DNA from: Narcine bancroftii
Taxonomy: Eukaryota
Assembly (NCBI RefSeq): GCF_036971445.1
Contig: NC_091476.1
Location: forward strand, 107,880,001-107,944,000
Length of the DNA: 64,000 nucleotides
Direction of reading: 5' to 3'
Within the stretch, counting starts at the first letter, position 1. Every line of letters starts with the position of its first letter. A program made the translations under genes and the position numbers. Shown here one piece after another: positions 48,678 to 61,699 of the stretch. The notes under the pieces are model-generated. The model had not been told where the DNA came from. It did no database searches and was given only the letters and a program-made list of their open reading frames with translations.

Positions 48678-49329
48678 GTGAGTAAAATTTCATATGCAGC
48701 TATTTGTAATCAACAGTAGGTTAAATATTTTTTTGAAATGATAAGATTTATCCATGCTTATCTGAGAAATATTTCGTATTCGCAAATGAGTTTTTTTTAG
48801 TGTGGACCTATACTGCAATAGGCAAAATCATTGCTATGTTGCATGCAATTTGTGTTTTTAAACAGTAAAGAAGATGAATGATCAGTTTTGTGGTTTGGAT
48901 TAACATAAATTTATGGTGGAATACATATTTTTCAAATAGAGCCGTGAAAAGTTTAATGCCCATCTTACAGCATGCTGACCTTCAGTTTAATATTTAATCC
49001 TTGATTTACATATTGCTGGCAAATTCTTTTTGCAGAATGCAGAAAAGTTCCAGATTCTATCCTTGTTCGTTCTGCTTCACTGATGTTGTTCAGCCAAAGT
49101 GATCAACTATAAATTTTCAGTTGCAACTCTGCTTAGGTTGGGGAAAATCAACAATGGATTCTTCCTTGATCCCTATTTTTTGAACTTGGATAAAAATTAA
49201 AGATGGATGTTTTGATTTGGCTTTGTATTAGATTTTCTTGTGGTTCGTTCTAGCTGAATAACATTTTATCTTTATCTATGCTACTCAGATTAAACAGATA
49301 TTTTGCCTCGATCTTAACAGTCATCATTG

Positions 49330-51030
49330 ATATTGAGTATAAAATTTGCCAGTCATGTTCCAGCTGTATAAAACTTTAGGCCACATTTGGAGTATTGCAT
49401 GCAGTTCTGGTTACTGTACTATAATTATATAGACTGTTTGGAAATGATACAGAAGAGGACAACCAGGATATAGCATAAGGAGAGTTTGGACAAACTTAGA
49501 TTGTTTTCTCTTGAGTGCCAGAAACTGGAGTTTATAAAATTATGAGCGGCATAGTCAGGGGGACTAGTTAATGTCTTTTTCCTGGAGTGAAAATCTCAAA
49601 CACCAGAGGGCATAGGTTTAGGACGAGAGGAAAATTTAAGGACGTGCAAAACAAGATATAGGGGACTTGGTAGAAGCAGATACGATAGCAACTTTTTAGA
49701 GGCATTTCAACCAACTCATGAACAAGTGTTGAATAGAGGGATACAGACAATGAGGTGAGTTAGATTGGTCGCATGATCAATGCTGACATGGTGGGCTGAA
49801 GAGCCTGTTGTGGTGCTGCACCTCTTTATGTTCTATCATTTCAATGGAGAATGCAAGTAATATTTCAGAAATGTTTGTAAATCAGAAATCGGAAGAGGAG
49901 AAAGAACTCAGGAAAAATGAAAATCATCTGGAAAGAGAAAATCAGCAAATTTGTTGGAGTGGAATTCATCCTGGGTTTTAAAAATGTGCTGGTTAATGTA
50001 TTAATGCTATAAGAAAGGAAAGCTGATGGATATACTGCACTTGGCTTTTCTGAAGGTATTTTATAAGGTGTTTTCAAGTTTATTTCAGAAAACAATTCAT
50101 TGTAAGAGGCTGTAAGTATAGTGGTGTGTATAGAAGATTGGCCGACAAACAAGACAGAGTAGGTAGAAGTTATTTTCTAATTGGGAAGATGTAACTGTGA
50201 GTTATAAGATTGGTGGTGCTGTGGGTTTAAGTATTTATAATTTATGTAAATGACTTGGATGATGGCACCAAAAATTATTAGTAATTTTTGGATAAGTTGT
50301 AAAAAGGACATGAGGAGGTTACAGAAGGAATGTAAATAGATTAAATCAGAGGTTTTCAAACTGCCCCCTAAACTCACATTCCACTTTTAAGTAATCCATA
50401 TGCCATAAGTGCTCTGTGATTAGTAGGGGATTGCTTAAGGTGGTATGTGATTGGGTGGGGATGGACGAGAACCACTGCTTTAGACCCAATTATTATTGAA
50501 ATATTTTGCTTGAGAAAAATTGTCATTGGCCCTTTTCCTTTTGAGTTATGAAACCATGCAAATAACAAGTCAATTAGGTATGATTAAAACAGTGTTTTCA
50601 AACCTTTTTCCTTCCACTCACATACCACCTGAAGCAATCCCTTACTAATCACAGAACACTTATGACATAGGGATTGGTTCAAGTGGAATGTGAGTTTGAA
50701 AACCACTGGATTAAATAAATGGGCAATAGTCTGGCAAATGGAGTTTAATGTGGGAGGGGGGAAATGTGTATATGTTAATTTGGCAAGATAAACAAAACAG
50801 TATATTCTAAATGATTGCAGTGCATGGAACTGGTTTCCATCAGGTGGTCATGAGCTTTTGGAATTCTTTCCCTGTAGAGACTGGAGAAGCAGAGTCTTTG
50901 ATAACTTTAAAGGTGTATTTTTTTTAAAAATGGAGTTAGTTTTCCAGACTAGGCTGGTTTGAGGGGGTTAAAAAGGTAAGCAAATCAGCCATAATTTTAT
51001 TGAAAGGCAGAGCAAATGTGAGAAGTCTAG
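49330..51030 (+). mobile_element. Degenerate CR1-like LINE fragments
   Basis: LYKTL..RPHLEYCMQFW, LDKLRLFSLE, WQMEFNV and LWNSFP motifs in several broken pieces. Boundaries approximate. Confidence 0.6.
50347..50708. mobile_element. hAT MITE, composite of two inverted palindromic units
   Basis: TIRs CAGAGGTTTTCAAAC / CAGTGGTTTTCAAAC (14/15) and a perfect 8-bp TSD GATTAAAT (50339-50346 and 50709-50716). Confidence 0.9.
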
Positions 51031-51452
51031 TGGTCTAATTCTTATATCTATACATATGTAGAATTTACCTACAGTTGTAACAGTGTAGTAGCCCTGAGAT
51101 TTACTTCTCCAGAGAAAAAATTGCTAACTTGAGTTGCAGGGAATCGATCTGGAATAATAGAAGAGTCTGCTCTTTATTCAAGACCCTTTTGAGCTTTCAG
51201 GCTCTAAATATGTTTTGTGGGATCTGTGTGCATTTGCGTATAACCCTCGATATAGGGGGTCAGTCTGCATATGATTTGTAGTGTTGTTGACTTCATAAAT
51301 GTGTCAAGGTGTTTCCATTGAGACAGGTGATCAAATTTGAGACTAAACTGCTATAGATGTAATGTCTACAAACTCAAGTTGCTAGAAGAATTCGTTAATC
51401 TGTATCATTTTATGCCATCTCTATAACATCTTTCAACCTCTTTTAAATGCAG

Positions 51453-51517
51453 AATGCGGAAATGTCAGAATCTGCAATGGATGCCTTCTAAAGTACCTCC
51501 TCCAAAGCCAGTTAAAG
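51453..51517 (+). CDS. KMT2A: KMT2A coding exon 6 (end of CXXC)
   Basis: atgcag|AATGCGG...AAAG|gtgagt. Encodes (K)MRKCQNLQWMPSKVPPPKPVK; 65 nt. Confidence 0.96.
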
Positions 51518-51769
51518 GTGAGTGTTGTCCACCCTACTAAACTGTCCAGATCTGGACTCTAGTTGGTTGATTAAGCTGCGGGTCTGGGTTAGAGTTAAGT
51601 AAAAAATAAGTGCATGACCCTGGCCTAAAGAATGGCTGTTTGAATATGGTATTTGAGGCACAGTAATTTATCTTTGGCAAATATCTTTAGGAGCGAAAAG
51701 AGGAATTTGAGCTTGATAGAATTGTGTTTGTTCATAATTTGCCTAATAAATTTTAACCTTAATTATTAG

Positions 51770-52132
51770 TGAAGAAAAAGGAAAAGAAAACAAAAATACA
51801 AGATAGAAAAGAGATGCCACCAGAAAAACAGCAAACTGACATCAGCCATAAAAGCTCTCCGCAGAATATTTCGCAAGAGAACTTACAGAAAGTAAACCAG
51901 ATTCCTCATCAACACAGTGACCAGAAGTTTGAGGAAGGCAGCTCCTCTCCACCTTCTGAAGCTCTGCAACAGGCTATAGTGGCTTCACCTCTGCGAAAAC
52001 CCACCAAACAACTTCCTCAGCCACCTGAACCTAGCATGCCTCTACAACCAGGTCTCGTGCAATTAAAGAAAGAATCTGTCAAACCAGTGTTGATTGACCC
52101 AAAGAAAAAGCAGCCACCGCAAATTGAATCAG
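51770..52132 (+). CDS. KMT2A: KMT2A coding exon 7
   Basis: attag|TGAAG...TCAG|gtaac. Encodes VKKKEKK...PKKKQPPQIES; 363 nt, phase 1-1. Confidence 0.92.
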
Positions 52133-53610
52133 GTAACATGAACATGGCAAGGCCAAATTTACATTGAACCTCTTATTCTATAATATTAGTGCTAATTTCT
52201 TATGAAGCTTCTCCATCTTTCTGAAAAAGACACCAATTCAGTTGAAGTAAGCATATTTGACAATATTTACAGTTTAAATTTCAAGATGCAGATTTTCATC
52301 CTATGTTGTCACTTCCCTCCATTTCACCCGCACCCCTGCATAGCATAATGGACTTGTAGCTTGTGCAACGACTGTTAAACCTTGCTGTACATTGGATGCA
52401 AGTTTGAATGCTTACAAGTGGGAGGAATGAAGGAGTTGGTGAGTGTGAAGAGAGGGACACTGCAAGTAGCATTGTGATTTGCTAGATTGTGTCTTCTGGC
52501 TGAGGGCTGCCATATTATTTTTCGCACCATGGAACTAATTGACGCTGGTTTTGTCTTGCCAAGGTAAATATTCTCTTTCCAGGATGAGATTGTAGAAAAC
52601 CTCCTTGCAGGCAGGTAGTGGGAAATTCGATAGTATGTTTCCATAACAATCAGATTAAAAAAAATGTACATCTCCTATTTATGAAGAGTGGTAATCTCCA
52701 TTGGCTGCCATTATCATTCATCTGAGAGCATGAAAATTTCCATGCAGTTATTCTGTTTGCTTGTACTTGCTATTGGAATTATGTTCCAAATAATTCAAAG
52801 TGGTTGGTGTATAATTGACCTGAAATGTATGATCTATTTTCATTTTACTTATTTAATTTCTCTTTGGGAGGGTTCTTTATTTCCTAACAAAAAAGAGCAT
52901 GGAAGGAAACTAGTCGCCTAAGCATTCCAATTCCTGATGGATTTTGGGTGATGATGCAGGTAATTTCCCTGCCACTACAAGGCAGCTTTGCCTAACAAAG
53001 CCGGGCCATATAAGATGTGCATTTGTCACCAATCAGGAACATGTGTCTTGCCCATCCTTAACTTGCCTTGAGTGGGTTAGTGGTGGACTAGCTTTATGGA
53101 CATTGCAGTCCACCTGCTGAAGGTGAGGCAACAAGGTCAGGAAGGGTATTCAAGTATTTAAAACCAGGGATATTGAAGGAATGGTGATATTTTTTCTCAT
53201 CAGAAAAGTGTGTGACTTGGAGTGTTCCAATGTCATGCCCAGACTGAGCCACTGAAGCTGAAGTCTCAGTTGATTGGAGCCTGGTTGTGAAATGCTGAGC
53301 CCCAAATGCTGTACTGGGTGACATTTTAATTAAAAACCTACAGTGTGGCCTTGTGATCCATATGGCTCAGTTATATTCTGCCTTTATTATTTGACTCATT
53401 CGGGAGCACCATAGAGATATATTTGTTAAAGGCTCTACAAAGTTGCCGATGTTTTCAGTCAAAAAAAGGCAGCTGTACCTTTTGCCAAAAAAAATTGGAT
53501 TTTACTGCAGTTATCGAATTGAATGGAGGAAAATGTCTCACAAATCCTTTACTGTGGTCAATAAAGGATTTATCTTGGCTTTTCATTTAATAAAATCTTT
53601 GTTTCCCCAG

Positions 53611-53687
53611 CACTAGAGCAGATCAAGCAGAAGAAACCCCCTGCTCGTTTCAATATTCAGTTAAAAACTAAAAAGCCGAAAGAAAAG
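53611..53687 (+). CDS. KMT2A: KMT2A coding exon 8
   Basis: ccccag|CACTA...AAAAG|gtgaga. Encodes ALEQIKQKKPPARFNIQLKTKKPKEK; 77 nt, restores phase 0. Confidence 0.9.
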
Positions 53688-56600
53688 GTGAGATTTAAAC
53701 TTTCATCCTAGGTTTTGAATTCTACATTAAAAATCAATTCCAAATATTCTGCCATATATGTGTTCTCCTAGGTTCTTCTGGTGACATTAATAAGTATGCC
53801 ATGGTATCAAGACTTTGATCATTTATTTGCCTAAGATGTCTTCGATAGGTCCCAGACATCAGTTGGTCTTTTTGCTTTACTATTGTGTTCCAGATGAATA
53901 GCAGAACAATGCCTTAAACTTTGTTTAATGTTGAGGCCAAAAGGAACCTTTTGTACTACGCAGGTTATATTTCACAATTTACAATTCCCAGTGCAATGTA
54001 ACATAAACTGGGATTCAGATATGTGATGCTCAATGTGCCAGATATTTTTACTGCAGTTTTCCAACCAGTTAAGTTATAAACAGGTAACTGTAGACCACAG
54101 GTCAGATGTGCACTTGCATTGGTAGACCACACTTGAGTTGTGCTGAGTTCTGTTCAGGAACATCCAATTGTAAAGCTTGTATAACGCATCTGTTAGTTTG
54201 TAGTAATGTCTTCCTTTTCCCTTTCTCTTTTTCATCATGCCTTGCACAAGTACAGCATGTGTTATCAGAGTCTGTCTGGATGTACAAGAGAAGCCTATTG
54301 TTTCTCCTGGGGACCATTCACTACTTGAAGGAAGGCATCATTTTTCTTCCTGATGTCTTCCTTAATGTTATCCACCTGTGGAGAACCATTTGATGGGATT
54401 GGGCAAACTTGTAGTGTTGTTGATTTTGGTTCACGTAGAAACTTTATAGTTTGAAAGGGAGATTACCTTGTTTTAAAATGAATTCCCTTATTTCCTCCCC
54501 ACCTCCTACTTTGTGCAGGTACAATTCCACTAAGGCTGGCAGTTTCCTGGTGCATTGCCAAATGTGCATTTTAATGTATGCGAATCCAGACAGTGAGTGC
54601 CATAAACTCCTTGACTGTATGGAGCATTACAGACGTTTTACTTGATAAATTTTCTTTTTACATTGTGACAGGATACTGAGACCATTTGTAGCATCCCAAC
54701 TGTTGCCCTGGCTGAGAGCAGTTGACAGCACATTCTAGGCCTATATCCTTTAATCCAGTACTAAGTAATGTCTTTAACAGCTTTGAAATGTAATCCAGTG
54801 TGGCTACTTTCTTTGTAGTTAATTTTTAAAATTACCCAGAACCAAGTCTTGTGTATTGGTGAAGTATAGCAGGAAACCACCAGCTAACTTCCCTGAATAT
54901 AAGCTCATGGAAACCAAATCTATTACAGGATTTCCCAGTCTACACTCCAAAATTCCAGCTTGCTTCAGGGAATGCTATTTCTTAAAGCTCAGCTTTTTAT
55001 TACTTTTGGTAGAAGCATTGTTGCTTTTCGTTCACCAGTTCAATATGACTTTATTTCATTGTGAGAGAAATGAATATGCTTCTGGTCTGGTTAAAAGTGA
55101 TAAACTGAAATTTCTCATCATGTAAAGGGTGTTTACTTTGTGCAGGCAACGAACATAGAAATATTTTTAAAGCGGGTTTCATTGCTAACGTGCACACAAT
55201 TCTTGTTTTGGCTTTAATTGGGCTTTTCAAAGTAGCTTTTTTTTTGTAGAGCCATCCAAATCTAAGATTCATTTGTTATAGGCAGAGAATCGCTGCCATC
55301 TTGATGGTGTCTGCTGACTTAGATCCTGAAGTTTTTGAGTTAATGTTAAGGAATGGTGTATTAAACACACATGCCTTTTTCTAGCCTGTAAACATGATGC
55401 TAACATGTTTTTCCCCACAGTGCATTGAAATATTCCATCTAGGGTGCCTTATCTTGTATTCACATTTCACTAATTTAAAAAGAAAACAGCAGGGCAGTGG
55501 AGTTGATGTAGTTTTAACAGTAGTGCTCAGTTTCATTGACTTTCTTTCACATCTTTGTCAGAGCTGCTCTGTCATTCTGTGGGAAGGTATACAAATGTTG
55601 CTCAGGTTGATTTTTCTGTTTAAGATTCCTTCATTCCCTCAGGATTAATGTCTCCCGTAGCTTAGCTCAGGTAGGGATTTTGTACTTGATAAACTGGACC
55701 GAACTACATGCTCTTTCACTTTTATGAGGCAGTGTATTTGTAGGAAAAATCTCTATAGACTGGCAGGCTGCTTGATGGAAGGTCTCAGTTGAATGAGCAA
55801 AGAGCACTGAAAGAAAGAAACAAAATATGAAAATTGAGAGAACAGTTAAAATAAATGTGAACAAAGGACACAGAAAATCATGAAGTAAGACAGTCAACAC
55901 AAGTCATGAATTAGAAAGTTGCAACTGAGATCTAAATAGGAGAGTGGAGAAGGAAAATCTAATGCATAAAAAGTGATGCACAGAAAAGAGACTAGAAGAG
56001 AGATGAGGTAATATTGTGATTGTGCTTTGCAAAGAGTAAAACTGCTGTGAGTACTGAAACAAATTTTCATTATTTATCAATCCATTGGACTCTAAGATGA
56101 CATTTTCTTTCCCTCCTGTTCATTAAATGAAACCTTATCTGTTTTATTATTATTGGATATCGTGTACATTCTTTGAAAGAGCATTATGCTTTTTGGGTTT
56201 TTGCCAATAATCCTAACTATTTTTGTTTATTTCCTTTCGAAGGAAAGGCCAGCTCTGATTTAATTTTATTCTACACAATTCCATTTTACTATTGACTCCT
56301 AATAGCAAGATTGAGTTAAGGCACATAGATGAAGAAAAATGTTAATGCTTCCTAGTTTGGCAGAATGAAGTTTAAAATGTATTGTTCTAGATCCCTTTGG
56401 GGCGGTGGAAAGATCCAAGGGGGCGGAGGGGAAAAAAAAGGGGACGATGAGGAAAAAGTGGGTGGTCTGAATGTTTCCGGCAAACTCAGCCTGTAACGCT
56501 CATCATGGGTTATTTGTCAGGTGAGGAGGGGATGGGGGTAGCTGACTGGGGATGATGACTGCTCAGGATGGTGATCGACTGCCTGAATAAAATATGGCTG

Positions 56601-57879
56601 TAGCACAGCAAACAAAAAAGTGTAGGCAATATAGTGTGAAAATTGTGAAGACAATGTAGTTACAGGTGAGATGTAAATTTACTCTTTCATATTGCCAAAT
56701 AAATTGGTTTACTCTTAAGTCTTATTTGTGAAATAATATACTTGTTAATAGTGTTACATTAGTTGTTTTAAATTTGCAGTTGATCTAATTCCAAGAACGA
56801 GGTGTGTGTTCATTGTGTTGGGGGGGTGGGGGGGGGAGGAGGTTGTGCTAGCAATGTGGTCTGGGAGCTAAGGTGGCGGCATCCCAAAATAGTTTGAAAA
56901 TCATTGTTGTAAATGAAGCAAAAGGCTACTGTTTTGATGCTCTGACTGTAATTGGCTTTTGGTTGGACATCGTTACAATGTACGATAGGCATGAAGCAGT
57001 GTAAACGCAAATGAATGTTAGAGGTTAAATTACCTTTTTTTACAGTTAAATAATTTGCCTATCTCTGAACATTTCATTGTAGCGTCCATTGACTTGAAGT
57101 GGATTAGTTCATGAGGACCTACAGTAAATGCTCATCTCTGGGGGGAAAATGATAGATTATGAACTAGTTTATTGCTATTAACATTGGATTGGTGAGTGCT
57201 AGTATTCTTTGAGTGCTCGTGATGAGTGGAGTTGACTTTCAAGATTGTGATGGTATTTGTGATTAAGTTATTCACCAATTGTTTTGATTGTGAGCACATT
57301 ATTTCAATGAGTGATTTATTTGAGCTGTTTTTCTACAGAACATGATAATATACTCTATAATTGAGTGATTGGTTGTGGACCTGTGCTGGAATTCAATTTA
57401 GTCTGGATTTGATTTCCAAACAGCTGTGAAGTGAAGACCTGTCATTTCTCCACTGGAACAAAATAAAATCAGATTGCAAAATAGATTTGTTTTAACAAAT
57501 TTTAAGCTACACTTGCTTTGGAAAGTAAATATTTTAAAGTCTAGTTTAGGTCAATTTCCACTACGTGGTAGGCTGGGAGTTGACAATAAAGGTGAGGCAT
57601 TATACTAACTCCTCGTCTTTTGTTCATATTATGAAATTAAATGTACTCAAAAAGAAACTGAAATAGCATTCTTATCTCAAATTGTGGTATGTATACATTT
57701 GGGACTGTGCAAGATTTGTGTAGAATAAACTGCAATGGCAAATTTCTAATGTTTGAGGTACTGATATTTTGGGGAGTGAATGTAGGTGAGGTAGAATTTG
57801 GAGAGAGGATCTAATAGATTGCTTGGGGCTATCGGAAAGAGAACTTGTGGGTATTGGAGAGAAATGTGGTGGAACAGTT

Positions 57880-58150
57880 GTTGAAGCAGTTAGCACAACA
57901 CCTTTACAGTGCCAGCGATTGGGACTGGACCTTTGTTCAAATCCTGTGCTGTCTGTAAGGAGTTTCTACTCCCTGCGTCTGCGTGGATTTTCTCCGGGGG
58001 CTCCGGTTTCCTCCCTTCAAATCGTACCAGAGTGTAGGTTGATGTGGTCTAAATTTGGCAGCACAGACACATAGGGCCAAATTGGCCTATTATTACAGTG
58101 CTGTATGTCTAAATTTAAATTTAAAATAAAAAAAATTAAATTTAAATATT
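57880..58150 (+). mobile_element. V-SINE-like element
   Basis: gttagcacaacacctttacagtgccagc...gtaaggagtt...tctgcgtggattttctccggggg, with an aaatttaaa tail. Confidence 0.7.
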
Positions 58151-59128
58151 GTAGACAATTGCATAGTTGAAGACATGAGACTGGAGTAAAAAATAAATAG
58201 CAAGAGGAACTCAGTGGCTCCAGCAGCACATATGGGGGCAAAGGAATGGTCAGTGTTTCCGGTTGTGACTACAGCCATTGATTTCCTCTAGCTGCTTGTT
58301 TATTGGAGAGTTGTTTGGGCAAATTTTCATTATTAGGGTAGGTTTCAGAAATGATTGGCATTTAGATGGTCGAAATACAAAACCTGATGGTAGTGGTACA
58401 TGGCTGACAAATGGAACAATGCATGAGATAAAGAAAGTTTTGAATCTTGTTCTTGCCCAAATGCATTACAGTGTGAGGTAGTAGGAACATGTTACGCTTG
58501 AAGCATTTTGTAGAGGACAGCTCTAAATTGCCTACAAAACAAGTTTATTGTACCACCTTCCCCAAATATTGATTCTAAAATATTTAAAACATTTCCTGTG
58601 CTACCTGTATAGTTCTGAAACCGAAGATTCTGTTTTTATTTCACTCAGTTGGAAAAGTAATTGCCTGGACCAATTATATTAAATTCATTCCGCAATGCTC
58701 CCCAGGATAAAACTGTATTTTGTAACTGAGTCATGCAGATGATAAGCTTTCTGTTTCAATTCCTAATGCATGCTGATTGAGCTGATCTCAGCTGGGACTG
58801 CAACTGAATCTCTGCAGATGGTCTCATCTCCTCTGGATTAGGATAGGAAAAGCTAATTGGTTGGGGGAGGGGGTTGAAATAAACCAGATTCAAGTGACAT
58901 TCATTTATTTATTGTTCAGAAATTTAGTTTGCATTGAGAGCTATCATATTTGAACTTACAGAAATTGTATGTTTGGAAATGTTGACCCTGGGTAAAGGAT
59001 TTCATTTAGAAATGTTTTGATGTTTTTTTTTAGTAGTGTTACCTACAAAGACACTGCTTTTACTATTAGTAATAGATGGCAGCTTAATACAGATTAGACT
59101 TATTGATTTCATTACTTCTTATTTTTAG

Positions 59129-59257
59129 GACAAAGTGATTCCTGTCAGTAAATTTGAACCCAGTACCCTGAATCTGCTCACCACGTTCACAAATGTCAGT
59201 TGTGGAAAACAGAAGTTATTGGCAGATGGAGTCCACAGGATCAGAGTGGATTTCAAG
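59129..59257 (+). CDS. KMT2A: KMT2A coding exon 9
   Basis: ttttag|GACAAA...TTCAAG|gtaga. Ends KQKLLADGVHRIRVDFK; 129 nt. Confidence 0.95.
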
Positions 59258-59439
59258 GTAGAAATAAGAAATCTAAGGGTTCACATTTACAGCGACTATT
59301 GACCACATTAGCCCTGAGAAATGTAGTATGCAATTTCCATTTGTTTTCTTCCCACCATTAATCAGGGCCCATTTCTAAAAGCATGCTTGCAAGCTTTTCA
59401 ACATTTTTTTCTAACTGTGAAGCTAAAGACAATTTAGAA

Positions 59440-59642
59440 TAGCCTTTCTCAACAGGGGCCCAACCCCTGTCCCCCGCCCGAGGGGTCATAGCACATTTAT
59501 GAAAAAGCCTTGATTTATTTTTCACTACATGTAACCTAAACAATTTTTTTCTGTTTATGTAATCGGAGGTACGGAAGAAACCAGAGTCTGGGGGTGGGGG
59601 AGAAGGGGGAAACATAGCTGGAAAAAAGATTGAGAATGGCTA
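59440..59642. mobile_element. hAT (Charlie-like) MITE
   Basis: TIRs TAGCCTTTCTCAA / TAGCCATTCTCAA and an 8-bp TSD ATTTAGAA/ATTTAGAG. Confidence 0.8.
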
Positions 59643-60140
59643 ATTTAGAGGAATAAAGTATTCTATAGCACAATTGAACGACGGAAGACTCCTGCGTGGA
59701 AACATTCTATTTGTGTAATGGATCAGTGCCTGATAACTCTTCAGTTTGCTAATTCTGCCACCATAACACCAAGTTACCACTTTATACAATGTTGCTTGGT
59801 AAAATTCTAAAATTGATTGTGGAAGAAATTGACATTTATCCATGTCTTCCCACCAGTTCTATCAACCTCAAGGACAATGTGTTTGATCTATTTAAAACTT
59901 CTGACTTTGAATAAAGTGTATAAAGGCATGTTGTGAACATGTCTACTTTTCACAATAATATGCTGAAAATTGGTGGTAATGATTTTGGGATTTCTCACGG
60001 GAACCATTGTAATCTGAATTAAAGATTGAGAAGAAACCGGTTTACTCCAGTTTGTGCCAAAGTTCAGAAGACACTCCTCTAATTGAAGTTCCAAAATGTT
60101 CTGGGATGGTTGGGGTAGTCATTGGCCCAGTGTACATGTA

Positions 60141-60769
60141 CAATACAATTCTGATTATCCAAAACAGTCGGGACTGAGCATATGTCAAAAAATGTTTTTG
60201 TTTGGATAACTGGTCTTTTTTTAAAAAAAACAGCCCAGTCGGAACAGCAAATCACTTGTAATAATATTTAAACAACAACAAACACCAAAGGAAAGATTTT
60301 TAAGCATTAAAATAATGTTTAATTCTCACCAAAAAAATTGCTGGCCGCTGCCAATCACTGACACCTCCCCATTGAGGTCTCACTCCTGTTGGGAGCCCGA
60401 GGTCCCTGCTCCTGTCTGGAAGGCTGCTCTCCTTGATCACACCGGGACAAGGGATTCTTCCAACTGCTTGCGGCTGGGAGACAGCAGCGTGCAGTTTGAG
60501 AGGGAGAGTTGGAGAGAAAGTCAATACGGGAAGGTCAAGAAGAAATGGAAAGAGAGAGTGGAGGGAGTCACTTGAAACGAGGACAATTGTCCTTCTAATT
60601 TCATGTCGGGTGAATTTCTTTTTCAACCTGTGAGGTCAATTTGGCTCTGGAAACATTTTTGGATAAATGAGATTTGTTTTGGATATCCTCATTTATCCGA
60701 AATTTAAATTTTTTTTTGGATAAATGAGGATTTTGGAGAACCTGACTTCAAATCATTGGAGTTGTACTG
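60141..60769. mobile_element. pogo/Tigger-like MITE (copy 3, longest)
   Basis: TA|caatacaattctgattatcc...ggagttgtactg|TA. Shares aaacagcccagt..aacagcaa..cacttgtaa and ttttaagcattaaaataatgtttaatt with copy 1. Confidence 0.8.
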
Positions 60770-61023
60770 TAAATTCATCCTGAATTTCATATCTATCACG
60801 TGATCATATTTATTGTAAACTACGGGATATTCTTGTGGAGGTCTTTTTGAATAAAGGTATTTACAATGGGATTTCATTCAAAAATCTGTTGCATGAATTT
60901 GGACTCAAGGAGTTACAAATATTGATGCACTTGATTAGGCATGACACATTAACTAAATCATATTTATAGAACAATTTACGTATGCTGATAATTTTCTGAT
61001 ATAATTCTACTGACTTTTTGTAG

Positions 61024-61137
61024 GAGGACTGTGATGTGGAAAATGTGTGGGAAATGGGTGGACTTAGCATCCTGACGTCTGTACCCATCACTCCTAGGGT
61101 GGTATGCTTCCTCTGTGCCAGCAGCGGACATGTTGAG
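61024..61137 (+). CDS. KMT2A: KMT2A coding exon 10 (start of PHD1)
   Basis: ttgtag|GAGGAC...GTTGAG|gtata. Encodes EDCDVENVWEMGGLSILTSVPITPRVVCFLCASSGHVE; 114 nt. Confidence 0.97.
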
Positions 61138-61699
61138 GTATAGTTTCCTGCTTGTGCTTATTTAATTGTAGGTTAATTTAGATTTGATATCAAGATTTAC
61201 TCAAAGTTGAAAGAAGCAAACCTTTGGAGCAGCATAACGTAGAACTGATTTGTAGAGGAATCTAATTACAGCTTATTAGATCTTTTCATTTAAAAACAGG
61301 TTGAAGTTTATAGGCAAATTTAAATGCAATAGTTAGAAAAAAGTGTTCATACTTGGAGCATCGAAAAATTTAGGAAAATAGTGAGAAACTAAGTTATTGT
61401 CTTATCTTAACCTGATGTATACCTCTCTGGTGTGTTTGTTGTTACATGACATTTAAACTACTAATTACTGAATTCCAACGGTCTTTTGATCATCTTCTAT
61501 AAATTTTCCAGTGGAGTTTATAGTGGCTTGGACATCAGCAAGGCTATTTAAGCTGTGGAACTTGCAATAATGCTGATTGATATTGTTTGCTTAATTCAAG
61601 GTGTTTCACCGTGATAATGTGTTCATCTTTGAGTTAGGATATACCCACAAATCTCTTCCCATGGAAGTAAAAAAGATAAAATGCAGACACAGTGGTTGA

